Of a stretch of DNA of 64,000 nucleotides, positions 54,196-62,976 are shown piece by piece. A program made the translations under genes and the position numbers. The notes under the pieces were generated by a model. That model saw only the letters and a list, made by a program, of their open reading frames with translations, had not been told where the DNA came from and made no database searches. The stretch spans positions 6,712 to 70,711 of the forward strand of contig DAHUXD010000019.1 in assembly GCA_027307335.1 (NCBI GenBank), read 5' to 3'. Each line of letters begins with the position of its first letter. Within the stretch, counting starts at the first letter, position 1. Source of the DNA: Acidobacteriota bacterium (GTDB lineage: Bacteria; Acidobacteriota; Thermoanaerobaculia; UBA5066; Gp7-AA6).

Positions 54196-54225
54196 CAAAC
54201 CGAAAGAAACCCGGCGCCGAGAAGC
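54196..54225 (-). terminator. Rho-independent terminator on the minus strand
   Basis: On the minus strand: CCCGGCGC-TTCTCG-GCGCCGGG followed by TTTCTTTCGGTTTG. Confidence 0.55.
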
Positions 54226-54479
54226 GCCGGGACCAAGCTCTCTCTAGGACCGACCCCCTTTCGAGCGCGCGTACGCCGGCCCGCGATGGCGGACGGATGG
54301 GGGAAGGAAAAACATAAAGAAGCGGCTCTTGGGATGTGCGGGTCTTAATTAAAAGCTGGCGCAACGTAGCACGCGGCTTGTAATCGTTGCAAGGGAAATT
54401 ACTGACCGGAAGGACAGGGGCCGGGGGGCGCCGTCGCGGCGGGCATCGGCGACCTGACTAACCCCTTTGTCGGCGCGGG

Positions 54480-55307
54480 TTAGCTCGACCCGATGACGCC
54501 CTGGACGGGCGAGGAGGCCGTGGCGTAACGCTTCCGCGGAATGCGCCCGGCGAGGTGCGCGTCGCGGCCCGAACGCACGGCGTCGCGCATCGCGCGCGCC
54601 ATGCGGACCGGATCGGTCGCGCCGGCGATGCCGGTGTTCATCAGCACGCCGGCGGCGCCGAGCTCCATCGCGACGCACGCGTCGGAGGCCGTGCCCACAC
54701 CGGCGTCGACGATCACCGGGACCTTCGCCCGCTCGAGGATGATCGAGATCGAGTTCGGGTTCTGGATGCCGAGGCCCGAGCCGATCGGCGCCCCGAGCGG
54801 CATCACCGCCGCGGCGCCCGCTTCCTCGAGGCGGCGGCACACGATCGGATCGTCCGACGTGTACGGAAAGACCACGAAGCCTTCCTGCACGAGCGTCCGC
54901 GTGGCCGAAAGCAATGCCTCGTTGTCCGGCCAGAGCGTCTGCTCGTCGCCGAGCACTTCGAGCTTCACCCAGTTCGAGAGGCCGACCTCGCGCCCGAGCC
55001 TCGCGGCGCGAATCGCGTCGTCCGCGTTGTAGCAGCCGGCCGTGTTCGGCAGGAGCGTCATGCCCTTGGGGATGAAGTCGAGCAGCGACTCCTTCGAGCG
55101 GTCCGTCAGATTCACCCGGCGCACCGCGACCGTCACGATCTCGGCGCCGGACTCCTCGAGGGCCCGCTTCATCAACGGGAACGTCGCGTACTTGCCGGTG
55201 CCGACGATCAGGCGCGAACGGAACGACCGGCCGCCCAGGACGAGCTCGTCCATCTGGCCCGCGGACGGCGCCGCGGTGGGCGCCTCGAGGGTCTCGGGAC
55301 CGTTCAT
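54480..55307 (-). CDS. thiG: Thiazole synthase ThiG
   Basis: Begins [18 protein letters not shown], with a Schiff-base Lys region and C-terminal [12 protein letters not shown]. Confidence 0.85.
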   Translation of the reverse strand: MNGPETLEAPTAAPSAGQMDELVLGGRSFRSRLIVGTGKYATFPLMKRALEESGAEIVTVAVRRVNLTDRSKESLLDFIPKGMTLLPNTAGCYNADDAIRAARLGREVGLSNWVKLEVLGDEQTLWPDNEALLSATRTLVQEGFVVFPYTSDDPIVCRRLEEAGAAAVMPLGAPIGSGLGIQNPNSISIILERAKVPVIVDAGVGTASDACVAMELGAAGVLMNTGIAGATDPVRMARAMRDAVRSGRDAHLAGRIPRKRYATASSPVQGVIGSS

Positions 55308-55317
55308 CGTCCCGATC

Positions 55318-56172
55318 CTATGCCTTCGCCGGGTCGAGGAGGTACACGTTGTCGATCAGGCGCGTGCCGCCGAGGCGCACGGCCGCGGCCAGGCAGACGC
55401 CGGGACGCGCCTCGGGGGAACGGCGCATCGTGAGCGAATCGACCGCTTCGAGGTAATCGATCTGAAAGCGCGCGGCCTCGAGCTGGCGCAGCGCGTCCTC
55501 CTCGAGCCGGCGCGCGTCGCGGGCGCCATGGATCGCGCGGGCCCGCGCCGCCAGGAGTGTCCGCGCGAGGTCCGGGGCGCGGCGCCGCTCCTCGGGAGAG
55601 AGGTACGCGTTGCGCGAGGACATCGCGAGCCCGTCGGTCTCGCGCACGACCTCCCCGACCACGAGCCGGATCGGCAGGTCGAGGTCGCGGATCATCCGCC
55701 GCACGACGGCGACCTGCTGGAGATCCTTGCGGCCGAACACGGCGGCGTCGGGCAGGACGCGCAGGAACAGCTTGAGGACCACGGTCGCGACGCCGCGGAA
55801 ATGCCCGGGACGGACGGCGCCCTCGCCGCCCTCGGTCACGCCCGCGACGTCGACGATCGTCGAGAAGTCGGGGGGATACAGGCTCGCCTCGGTCGGCATG
55901 TAGAGAACGTCGACGCCCTCGCGCTCGAGGAGGGCGGCGTCCTCCTTCTCCCGGCGCGGATAGCGCGCGAGGTCTTCGCCGGGCGCGAACTGCAGCGGGT
56001 TGACGAAGATCGAGACGACGGTCAGTCCGCCCTCGCGCCGCGCGAGACGCACGAGCGAGAGGTGTCCCTCGTGCAGCGCGCCCATCGTCGGCACGAACGC
56101 GACGGGGCGCGCGGCCCTCCGGGCCTGCGCGACCAGGTCGCGCAACGTGGGGACGTCGCGGACGGTTCTCAT
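55318..56172 (-). CDS. panC: Pantoate--beta-alanine ligase
   Basis: HIGH-like motif ([14 protein letters not shown]) and the C-terminal MSSRN motif. Confidence 0.85.
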   Translation of the reverse strand: MRTVRDVPTLRDLVAQARRAARPVAFVPTMGALHEGHLSLVRLARREGGLTVVSIFVNPLQFAPGEDLARYPRREKEDAALLEREGVDVLYMPTEASLYPPDFSTIVDVAGVTEGGEGAVRPGHFRGVATVVLKLFLRVLPDAAVFGRKDLQQVAVVRRMIRDLDLPIRLVVGEVVRETDGLAMSSRNAYLSPEERRRAPDLARTLLAARARAIHGARDARRLEEDALRQLEAARFQIDYLEAVDSLTMRRSPEARPGVCLAAAVRLGGTRLIDNVYLLDPAKA

Positions 56173-56258
56173 GGGTGGGAGCCTCTCATGGAGATAGCCC
56201 TGATTTCCTTTTCCAGCGGGAGATGTGGAGTGCGTGGCGTCGTTGACGCCCCTCACCC

Positions 56259-57176
56259 CTACGCCCCTCTCCCGCAGGGAGAGGGGGACTTCGAATGTAC
56301 GCGGCGGAGCGGCGGCTTCGTCCCGGAAAAGCTCTCTTCGCGCGACGGGTACGCGCCGCTCTTGACGTCGTGGGTGAAGGCGCGCGCGGCCTGCTCGATG
56401 ACGGTCGCGAGATCGGCGTAGCGGCGCACGAACTTCGGCCGGTGCCCGCGCGTGAAGCCCATCACGTCGTGGAACACGAGCACCTGCCCGTCGCACGCGG
56501 CGCCGGCGCCGATGCCGATCGTGGGGATCGGCACCTCGCGCGTGATCTCGGCCGCGAGCGAGTCCGGCACGCACTCGAGGACGAGCGCGAAGCAGCCGGC
56601 CTCGGCAAGCGCCTTCGCGTCGTCGGCGATCGCGCGGGCCGACTCGGCCTCGCGGCCCTGCACCTTGAATCCGCCGAACTTCCGGTAGGACTGGGGCGTC
56701 AGCCCCACGTGGCCCATGACCGGGATGTCCGCCGCGAGGATCGCCTCGACGGCGGGCAGGATCCGGCGCCCTCCTTCGACCTTGACGGCCGCGGCGCCGC
56801 CCTCGGCCAGGAAGCGCCCCGCGTTCTCGACGGCCTTCTCGACGCCGGCCTGGTAGGAGAGGAAGGGCATGTCGCCGACGACGACGGCGCGCCGCGTCGC
56901 GCGCGACACGGCCCTCGTGTGCCGCACCATCGCGTCCATCGTGGCCGTCAGCGTGTTCGGCTCGCCATAGACGGTCATCTCGGCGGAGTCTCCGACGAGG
57001 AGCACGTCGATCCCGGCCGCGTCGAGCAGCGCCGCCGAGGGCGCGTCGTAGGCCGTCATCATCGCGATGCGCTCCTGACCCTTCGCGGCGAGAAGCAGGG
57101 GAATCGAGAGGGGTTCGTCTTCCGGCAGGACGGCCACGACTTCGCTCCTTGCCTTTCGGTCGACGTCCCCGACCAT
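56259..57176 (-). CDS. panB: 3-methyl-2-oxobutanoate hydroxymethyltransferase (ketopantoate hydroxymethyltransferase)
   Basis: IAMMTAYDAPSAALLDAAGIDVLLVGDS and GHVGLTPQS motifs. Confidence 0.8.
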   Translation of the reverse strand: MVGDVDRKARSEVVAVLPEDEPLSIPLLLAAKGQERIAMMTAYDAPSAALLDAAGIDVLLVGDSAEMTVYGEPNTLTATMDAMVRHTRAVSRATRRAVVVGDMPFLSYQAGVEKAVENAGRFLAEGGAAAVKVEGGRRILPAVEAILAADIPVMGHVGLTPQSYRKFGGFKVQGREAESARAIADDAKALAEAGCFALVLECVPDSLAAEITREVPIPTIGIGAGAACDGQVLVFHDVMGFTRGHRPKFVRRYADLATVIEQAARAFTHDVKSGAYPSREESFSGTKPPLRRVHSKSPSPCGRGA

Positions 57177-57216
57177 CCGGGAATCGCCGCCGATCAGGGC
57201 GACCCGGGAATTATAT

Positions 57217-57283
57217 GGGGTCAGGTCTCTGAATGTGTGACTTTCAAATTTCTGAAGATCACGCTTTCAGAGACCTGACCCCC
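57217..57283. repeat. ~66-bp palindromic repeat element (full copy)
   Basis: GGGGTCAGGTCTCTGAATGTGTGA-CTTTCAAATTTCTGAAGA-TCACGCTTTCAGAGACCTGACCCC, located between the panB start and the kinase stop. Confidence 0.7.
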
Positions 57284-57284
57284 T

Positions 57285-57950
57285 TCATTTCGGCGTGCTC
57301 GTGGCCGGAACGTAGTACTGGACGCCCTTCTTCACCTTCTGGATCTGGGCGACCAGGTCGTCGAAATCGCCGGGCCGGTTCACGAAGTCGATCTCGTTCG
57401 TGTCGACCACGAGAAGCGGCGTCTCGTCGTAGTGGTAGAAGTAATAGTTGTAAGCCTCGATCAGCTGCGCCAGGTACTCCGGCGTGACGCTCTTCTCGAG
57501 GTTCCCCTTCTTCTTCTTGATCCGTTTGAGGCACGTCTCGAGCGAGCCCTGCAGGTAGATCACGGCGTCGGGCTTGCGCACCGACTCCGCGAGCAGCGTG
57601 TACAGCCGGTCGTAAATCAGGAGCTCCGAATCGTCGAGATTCAGGCACGCGAAGATCTTGTCTTTCGGGAAGTGGTAGTCGGCGACGACGAGCGTCGAGA
57701 AGAGGTCGATCTGCGCGATCTCCTGCTGCTGCTGGTAGCGCGACAGCAGGAAGAAGAGCTGCGTCTGAAAGGCCGATCCCTTCTTCTTCTTGTAGAAGTC
57801 GGGGAGGAACGGGTTGTCGACGTCCTCGAGGATCTTCGTGCCGTGGAAGCGTCGGGAGAGCATCTCGACGAGCGAGGTTTTTCCGACTCCGATCGGCCCG
57901 TCGATCGCGAGATGTCGGAGTTTGACGTCCCCTTCGCTCGGGATGGGCAT
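57285..57950 (-). CDS. Deoxynucleoside kinase (dCK/dGK family)
   Basis: P-loop (IDGPIGVGKTS), an ERS-like region, and an Arg/Lys lid. Confidence 0.8.
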   Translation of the reverse strand: MPIPSEGDVKLRHLAIDGPIGVGKTSLVEMLSRRFHGTKILEDVDNPFLPDFYKKKKGSAFQTQLFFLLSRYQQQQEIAQIDLFSTLVVADYHFPKDKIFACLNLDDSELLIYDRLYTLLAESVRKPDAVIYLQGSLETCLKRIKKKKGNLEKSVTPEYLAQLIEAYNYYFYHYDETPLLVVDTNEIDFVNRPGDFDDLVAQIQKVKKGVQYYVPATSTPK

Positions 57951-57978
57951 TCCGGGGGCCGATTCTAATCCGACCCCG

Positions 57979-58863
57979 TCACGGCGCCGCCCGGCGGGCC
58001 AGGACGTCGGCGATGCCGCAGAGGGCGAGCGTCACCGAAACGAAGCCGTTCGCCGTGAAGAAGGCGGCATTGACGCGCGAGAGGTCGCCGGGCCGCACGA
58101 TCGCGTGCTGATAGACGAGCGCCGCCGCCGTCGCGCCGATGCCCGCAAGGAGGATGCCCCCGCTCCCCGAGAGCCTCCAGACGCCCAGGAGCAGCACCAG
58201 CATGAGGACGTGGAAGAGGGCGGATCCGGCGAGCGCGCGCCGCGCGCCGAATCGAGCGGGAATCGAGCGCAGGCCGGCCCGGCGGTCGTGCTCCTCGTCC
58301 TGCAGCGCATAGATCACGTCGAACCCGGCCGTCCAGAAGAGGACGGCCAGGCCGAGCAGGATCGGGAGCGCGCCGATCGACCCGCGCACGGCGATCCACG
58401 CGCCGACCGGAGCGAGCCCGAGGCAGAGGCCGAGGACGAGATGCGACAGGACCGTGAACCGCTTCGTGTACGAATAGAGGAGGAGCAGCGCGAGCGCCAG
58501 GGGGGAGAGCGCGAGCGTCAGCCGGTTCAGGCTCGCCGCCGCGGCGAGGAAGAGCACGATCGAGGCGCCGAGAAACGCGCGCACGAAGCCGACCGAGAGG
58601 GCGCCGGCGGGCAGCGCGCGCCCGGCCGTGCGCGGATTCGCGGCGTCGAGCGCGCGGTCGGCGAGACGATTGTGCGCCATCGCGGTGCTGCGGGCTCCGA
58701 CCATCGCGAGCAGGATCTTCCCGAGCGTCGCCGGGGTCGGCCAGCCGTCCGCCGCGAGAAACGCCGCATAGATCGCGAACGGCAGCGCGAACAGCGTGTG
58801 GCTGAACTTGATCATCTCGAGCGTCGTTCGCAGCGAATGAACGACGCCCGTTCGGGCGCTCAC
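57979..58863 (-). CDS. UbiA-family aromatic prenyltransferase (UbiA/MqnP-like)
   Basis: LRTTLEMIKFSHTLFALPFA followed by Asp-rich motifs (NRLADRALD; DVIYALQDEEHD). The start is uncertain: a GTG at 58863 overlaps the ubiX stop (GTGA), and the alternative ATG is at 58815. Confidence 0.7.
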   Translation of the reverse strand: MSARTGVVHSLRTTLEMIKFSHTLFALPFAIYAAFLAADGWPTPATLGKILLAMVGARSTAMAHNRLADRALDAANPRTAGRALPAGALSVGFVRAFLGASIVLFLAAAASLNRLTLALSPLALALLLLYSYTKRFTVLSHLVLGLCLGLAPVGAWIAVRGSIGALPILLGLAVLFWTAGFDVIYALQDEEHDRRAGLRSIPARFGARRALAGSALFHVLMLVLLLGVWRLSGSGGILLAGIGATAAALVYQHAIVRPGDLSRVNAAFFTANGFVSVTLALCGIADVLARRAAP

Positions 58864-59501
58864 CGCCGGCGCGGGCGCCCCGGCTTCGGACGGGCGCCCT
58901 CCCAGCGGAACCCCTCCTCGCGCGGAGCGAGGCCGAGCAGCCGGCACGTCCGGACGCAATACGCGTCGAGGAACCGGTCGACCGACGGCGCATCCACGTA
59001 GAAGGCCGGTGTCGGGGGCGCCACGATCGCGCCCGCGCGCGTGACGCGCCGCATGTTCTCGATGTGCACGAGCGAATACGGAGATTCGCGGAGCGCCAGC
59101 ACCAGCGGACGCCTCTCCTTCAGGCAGACGTCGGCGGCGCGCTGCAGCAGGTCGCGCGCGATCCCGTTCGCGATCGCGCCGAGCGTCCCGCCGCTGCAGG
59201 GGACGACCGCCATGCCGGCCGTCGGGTAGCTGCCCGAAGCGATCGAGGCGCCGACGTCGGCGTTCTCGTGGATCACGAGCCGCCGCCGCAGGACCGCCGG
59301 CGCGTCGAGCGCGGCCGCCCAGTCCGACGCGGTCGCGATCGCGGGAGAGATCTCGGTGCGGGCCACCATCAGCGCGGGCTCCGAGATCACCAGATGGAGG
59401 CGGGCGAGGTTCCTCGAGGCGAGCGCGATCTGGACGAATCGCCGGCCGAGACGGGCACCGGAGCCGCCGGAGACGCCGACGGCGATCTCGAGGGAAGCCA
59501 C
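58860..59501 (-). CDS. ubiX: Flavin prenyltransferase UbiX
   Basis: IAVGVSGGSGA P-loop-like FMN site and a conserved SGGTL region. Confidence 0.8.
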   Translation of the reverse strand: MASLEIAVGVSGGSGARLGRRFVQIALASRNLARLHLVISEPALMVARTEISPAIATASDWAAALDAPAVLRRRLVIHENADVGASIASGSYPTAGMAVVPCSGGTLGAIANGIARDLLQRAADVCLKERRPLVLALRESPYSLVHIENMRRVTRAGAIVAPPTPAFYVDAPSVDRFLDAYCVRTCRLLGLAPREEGFRWEGARPKPGRPRRR

Positions 59502-59852
59502 GCCGGCAGTCTATACGGCCGCTGACAAGAACCTGGACACCCGACAGGAGCGCTTGCCGCCGCCGCAAAGTCCGTGCGTGGCGGTCGCTTGCGTCGTCTC
59601 GGACCACGCGCGGCGACCGGAACCACGACATCCGTCCGCGCCGCCGCGCAATCTCCGTTTTCGCTCAACTCGCGCGGCCGCCGTGACTTCGGAGAGAACC
59701 CGGCGCGCGGCACGGCTTTCGCGATTCGTCCCCACCCGAAACGAAAGGAGGTGCCGATGGAGAACGCCTGATCGACATCGACCCGATGAGGACAAGTCCG
59801 TCGCACAGACCCCGAGAAACCGATCGATTCGAAATCGACAAGGAGATTTTCG

Positions 59853-60260
59853 ATGAACCCATCCCGAATTCGCGCCGCCGCTCTCGCCGCGCTGATCTGT
59901 GTCGGCACGGGCGCGCTGCTCTTCGGCGAGAGCATGGAGTCCGGCGCCACGCCGAAGGTCAACATCAACACCGCCACGGCCGTCGAGCTCGCCTACCTGC
60001 CGCGCCTCGGATCCAAGGTCGCCGCCCGCATCGTCGAGCATCGCAAGGAGAAGCCGTTCGCGCGGCCCGAGGACCTCATGGAGGTCAAGGGCATCGGCGA
60101 GAAGCTCTTCACGAAGCTCAAGCCCTACCTCGCCGTCAGCGGCCCGACGACGCTGTCGGCCAAGGTGCGCTCCGGCTCCTCGACCTCCCGCCGTTCCTCC
60201 CCCGCGGCGGCGTCGAAGGAGAAACCCGCCACCACCGTTCCCGTGGGCAAGGGACGGTGA
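59853..60260 (+). CDS. comEA: ComEA-type helix-hairpin-helix DNA-binding protein
   Basis: AAGGAG RBS, an N-terminal TM/signal segment, and VNINTATAVELAYLPRLGSKVAARIVEHR...MEVKGIGEKLFTKLKPYL (tandem HhH). Confidence 0.75.
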   Translation: MNPSRIRAAALAALICVGTGALLFGESMESGATPKVNINTATAVELAYLPRLGSKVAARIVEHRKEKPFARPEDLMEVKGIGEKLFTKLKPYLAVSGPTTLSAKVRSGSSTSRRSSPAAASKEKPATTVPVGKGR

Positions 60261-60886
60261 CCACCTCGCCCGCCCGGGGCCCTCAGGGCCCCGGGCCTCT
60301 TCGCCCGAACGCCGGCCTGTCGATCTTCGAGCTGCTGCTCGGCATGACCACGCTCGCGGGAATGCTCGCGATCGCGACGCCGGGTGTGATGCGCCTGAGG
60401 GAGGAAGTCTCGCTGCGGTCGGCGGTGCACGAGGCGAGCGTCGCCTTCTACCTGGCCAGGTCCTACGCGATTTCACGAAACCGCAACGTCGGCCTGAAGT
60501 TCCGCCGCAACGGCGACCGGTACGAGTGGGCGCTCTACGCCGACGGCAACGGCAACGGTGTCCGGACCGCGGAGATCGCGAGCGGGGTCGACCGCTTCCT
60601 CGGCGTCACGTACCCGTGGACGCGCAACGACGTGAGGCCCGGAATCATGACGGGGACGCGCGTGCCGGACCCGGGCAGTCCGGGCCACTACCTCGATCAT
60701 CCCGAGGATCCGATTCGCTTCAATGCCTCCGACATCTGCTCGTTCTCGGCGATGGGCGAGTCCACGCCGGGGTCCGTCTATCTCTGGAACGCGCACGACG
60801 GCATGGCCGTCCTCCGCGTGTTCGGCCAGACCGCGAAGCTGCGAAGCCTTTACTACCGCCGCGGCGACAGGGAGTGGAAACCATGA
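60257..60886 (+). CDS. Type IV pilin-like pseudopilin (FimT/GspH-like) with a prepilin leader
   Basis: Its GTG start overlaps the comEA stop (GTGA). Has a leader ending in G followed by LSIFELLLGMTTLAGMLAIA (class III signal, Glu at +5). Confidence 0.6.
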   Translation: MTTSPARGPQGPGPLRPNAGLSIFELLLGMTTLAGMLAIATPGVMRLREEVSLRSAVHEASVAFYLARSYAISRNRNVGLKFRRNGDRYEWALYADGNGNGVRTAEIASGVDRFLGVTYPWTRNDVRPGIMTGTRVPDPGSPGHYLDHPEDPIRFNASDICSFSAMGESTPGSVYLWNAHDGMAVLRVFGQTAKLRSLYYRRGDREWKP

Positions 60887-61878
60887 GAATCGTCATCGAG
60901 CCCGGAAAGATCGAGAGCGACGGCCTCGCCGGAACGGTCGGCAGCCCAGAGAAGGGCTTTTTCATAGTGGGCGCCCGCCGGGATGCGGCCGCGAGCCGCG
61001 AGGCAATTCTCGAGGCGCGCGCCCGCGCCCACGGACGTTCCCGCCCAGACGGCGGTGCGCCGAAGGACGGCTCCGTGGCCGATCGCGGCTCCGTCCGCGA
61101 CGACGCTGTCGATCGCATCGACGTCGCCGCGGCCGCCGAGCACGCGCCGTCTCGCGTCGAAGAGTCCCGCGCCGGCGGGGAAGGGCCCTCCGCGAGCGAG
61201 CGCTTCGAGCGACGCGCGGAGGAAATCGCCCGGGCGGCCGAGGTCGGCGAACGGACCGTCGTGAAGGACGAAGCCGATCTCCTCCCGACCCTCGGCGAGC
61301 AGGGGCTGCCAGAGATCGGCGACCAGAGCGGTCTCGCCGGCCGGTATGCGGTCGAGCAGCCTCGGGGCGAGCACACAGACGCCGGTGTAGAGGAGCGGCC
61401 GGTCCCGATTGGTCCCGAATCCCGCGATGCGGTCCCCTTCGGGTTGAAGCGGCGTGTACCGATCGGGATGGCGGTTTTCGGTGACCAGGAGCGTGGCCGC
61501 GCGGCGCGATGCGCGGTGCCGCGCCACGAGTCCGGCGAAGTCCGGAGCGATCGCCGCATCGGAGTTCACGACGAGAAAGTCACCGCCGCCCAGGAACAAT
61601 GCCGCATTGCGCAGCGCGCCCGCGGTGCCCAGGATCTCGGGCTCGAGGAAAAACGCGAGCTCTGGCGCGCGCGGCGCCTCCTCGCGCAGCACGCGCTCGA
61701 CCTCCTCGGGCAGGTGATGGAGATTTACCGCCACCTGAGCGACGCCGGCCTGATCCAGCCGCCGCAGGTGCTGCGCCGCCATCGGGACGTTCAGGAAGGG
61801 TAGGAGCGGCTTGGGAATGCGGTCCGTGACCGGGCGGAAGCGGGTGCCCCTGCCCGCGCAGAGAAGGATCGCCCTCAC
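60853..61878 (-). CDS. Sugar-phosphate nucleotidyltransferase (NTP-transferase family) with a C-terminal left-handed beta-helix
   Basis: GTG-initiated VRAILLCAGRGTRFRPVTDRIPKPLLP nucleotide-binding motif. Confidence 0.7.
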   Translation of the reverse strand: MRAILLCAGRGTRFRPVTDRIPKPLLPFLNVPMAAQHLRRLDQAGVAQVAVNLHHLPEEVERVLREEAPRAPELAFFLEPEILGTAGALRNAALFLGGGDFLVVNSDAAIAPDFAGLVARHRASRRAATLLVTENRHPDRYTPLQPEGDRIAGFGTNRDRPLLYTGVCVLAPRLLDRIPAGETALVADLWQPLLAEGREEIGFVLHDGPFADLGRPGDFLRASLEALARGGPFPAGAGLFDARRRVLGGRGDVDAIDSVVADGAAIGHGAVLRRTAVWAGTSVGAGARLENCLAARGRIPAGAHYEKALLWAADRSGEAVALDLSGLDDDSHGFHSLSPRR

Positions 61879-61900
61879 GGGAGCGAGGGGCGCGGGAGGC

Positions 61901-62482
61901 TCAGCGTTCCCTCGGCACGAACACCATGTCCGCGGGCAGAGAGGGATCTTCCTTGCGCCGCCGCAGATAGAGCTCCGGATAGGAGTAGGGAACCGCCTCG
62001 CTCGCATCGAGCCCGAGCGCCGCGACCACCCTCCGGATCGCGCCGGGATCGCCCTCGATCTCGACGAAATCCCCGATCGGCGTCTCGTCCAGAGCGACGA
62101 CGCAGCCCTCGGAGGCCCACTCCTCGCGGCGCTTCTCGTATCGGAAGGTCTTCGTCAGGCCGAGTCCCGCGAGGATCGCGTCGGCCTCGCCCGCGTCCGA
62201 GACGTCGACCTCGCGTTCCTCGCGCACGCGCGTGCCGCTATCGAAACGGGACACCCCCTTGTAGGTCAGCACGGCACGCCCGGCGGCGCGGCGGAGGCGC
62301 ACCGTCCGTCCGCTTGCGGAGAGCCTTCGCTCGGGGTCGTCGTAGAGATCGTTCGACTCGTCGTGCCGCGGAGCGTGGAGCCGGGCGCCGGTCCTGGAGA
62401 GGCGGTCCCGGACGGGGGCCAGTTCAGCGACCGGAAGCTTGATCTCGATCTCTTCGCGGCGGCCGGCCTCGCCGGCGCTCAC
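61901..62482 (-). CDS. CYTH-domain protein (class IV adenylate cyclase/triphosphatase fold)
   Basis: N-terminal EIEIKLPV (ExExK) motif. Confidence 0.65.
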   Translation of the reverse strand: MSAGEAGRREEIEIKLPVAELAPVRDRLSRTGARLHAPRHDESNDLYDDPERRLSASGRTVRLRRAAGRAVLTYKGVSRFDSGTRVREEREVDVSDAGEADAILAGLGLTKTFRYEKRREEWASEGCVVALDETPIGDFVEIEGDPGAIRRVVAALGLDASEAVPYSYPELYLRRRKEDPSLPADMVFVPRER

Positions 62483-62916
62483 GGCAGGAGGCGTCGCGCG
62501 ATCGCCTGCGCCTGCTTCCCGTCGACGCGGCCCTTGTGGCGGGCCATCAGCTCCTTCATCGCGAGCCCCACGTCCTTCGAGGAGGAGAGGCCCTTCTCGG
62601 CGATCACATCGCGCAGAGCGGCCTCGATCTCGGCGTCGGCCAGTCCCTTCGGAAGGTAGGCCTCGAGGATGCCGAGCTCCTCCGTCTCCGCGTCCACCAG
62701 ATCCTGGCGGTTGCCCTTCGCGTACTGCTCGATCGAATCCTTGCGCTGCTTGACGGCGCGGCGGAGGACCGCCTCGACGTCCTCGGAGGTCAGCTCCCGC
62801 TGCGCCTGGATGCGCTCGTTCTTCAGGTTGGCGAGTAGCAGGCGCAGCGTCGCGACCCGCCGCTTATCGCCCGCCTTCATGGCCGTCTTGAGGTCCTCTT
62901 CGATGCGGGACTGCAT
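62479..62916 (-). CDS. GatB/YqeY-domain protein
   Basis: YqeY family consensus (LKTAMKAGDKRRVATLRLLLANLKNERI...). Confidence 0.7.
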   Translation of the reverse strand: MQSRIEEDLKTAMKAGDKRRVATLRLLLANLKNERIQAQRELTSEDVEAVLRRAVKQRKDSIEQYAKGNRQDLVDAETEELGILEAYLPKGLADAEIEAALRDVIAEKGLSSSKDVGLAMKELMARHKGRVDGKQAQAIARRLLP

Positions 62917-62976
62917 GGCGCGAGGCTATCAAAGCCCGCTTCCCGTTTGCCGCGGCGCGCCGGCGAAGCGACATAT

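Noticed and set aside
54401-54420. GACCGGAAGGACAGG resembling the SRP RNA domain IV motif (GUCCGGAAGGAAGCAG)
   Set aside because: Only a partial match, and no flanking helices of 4.5S RNA are apparent.
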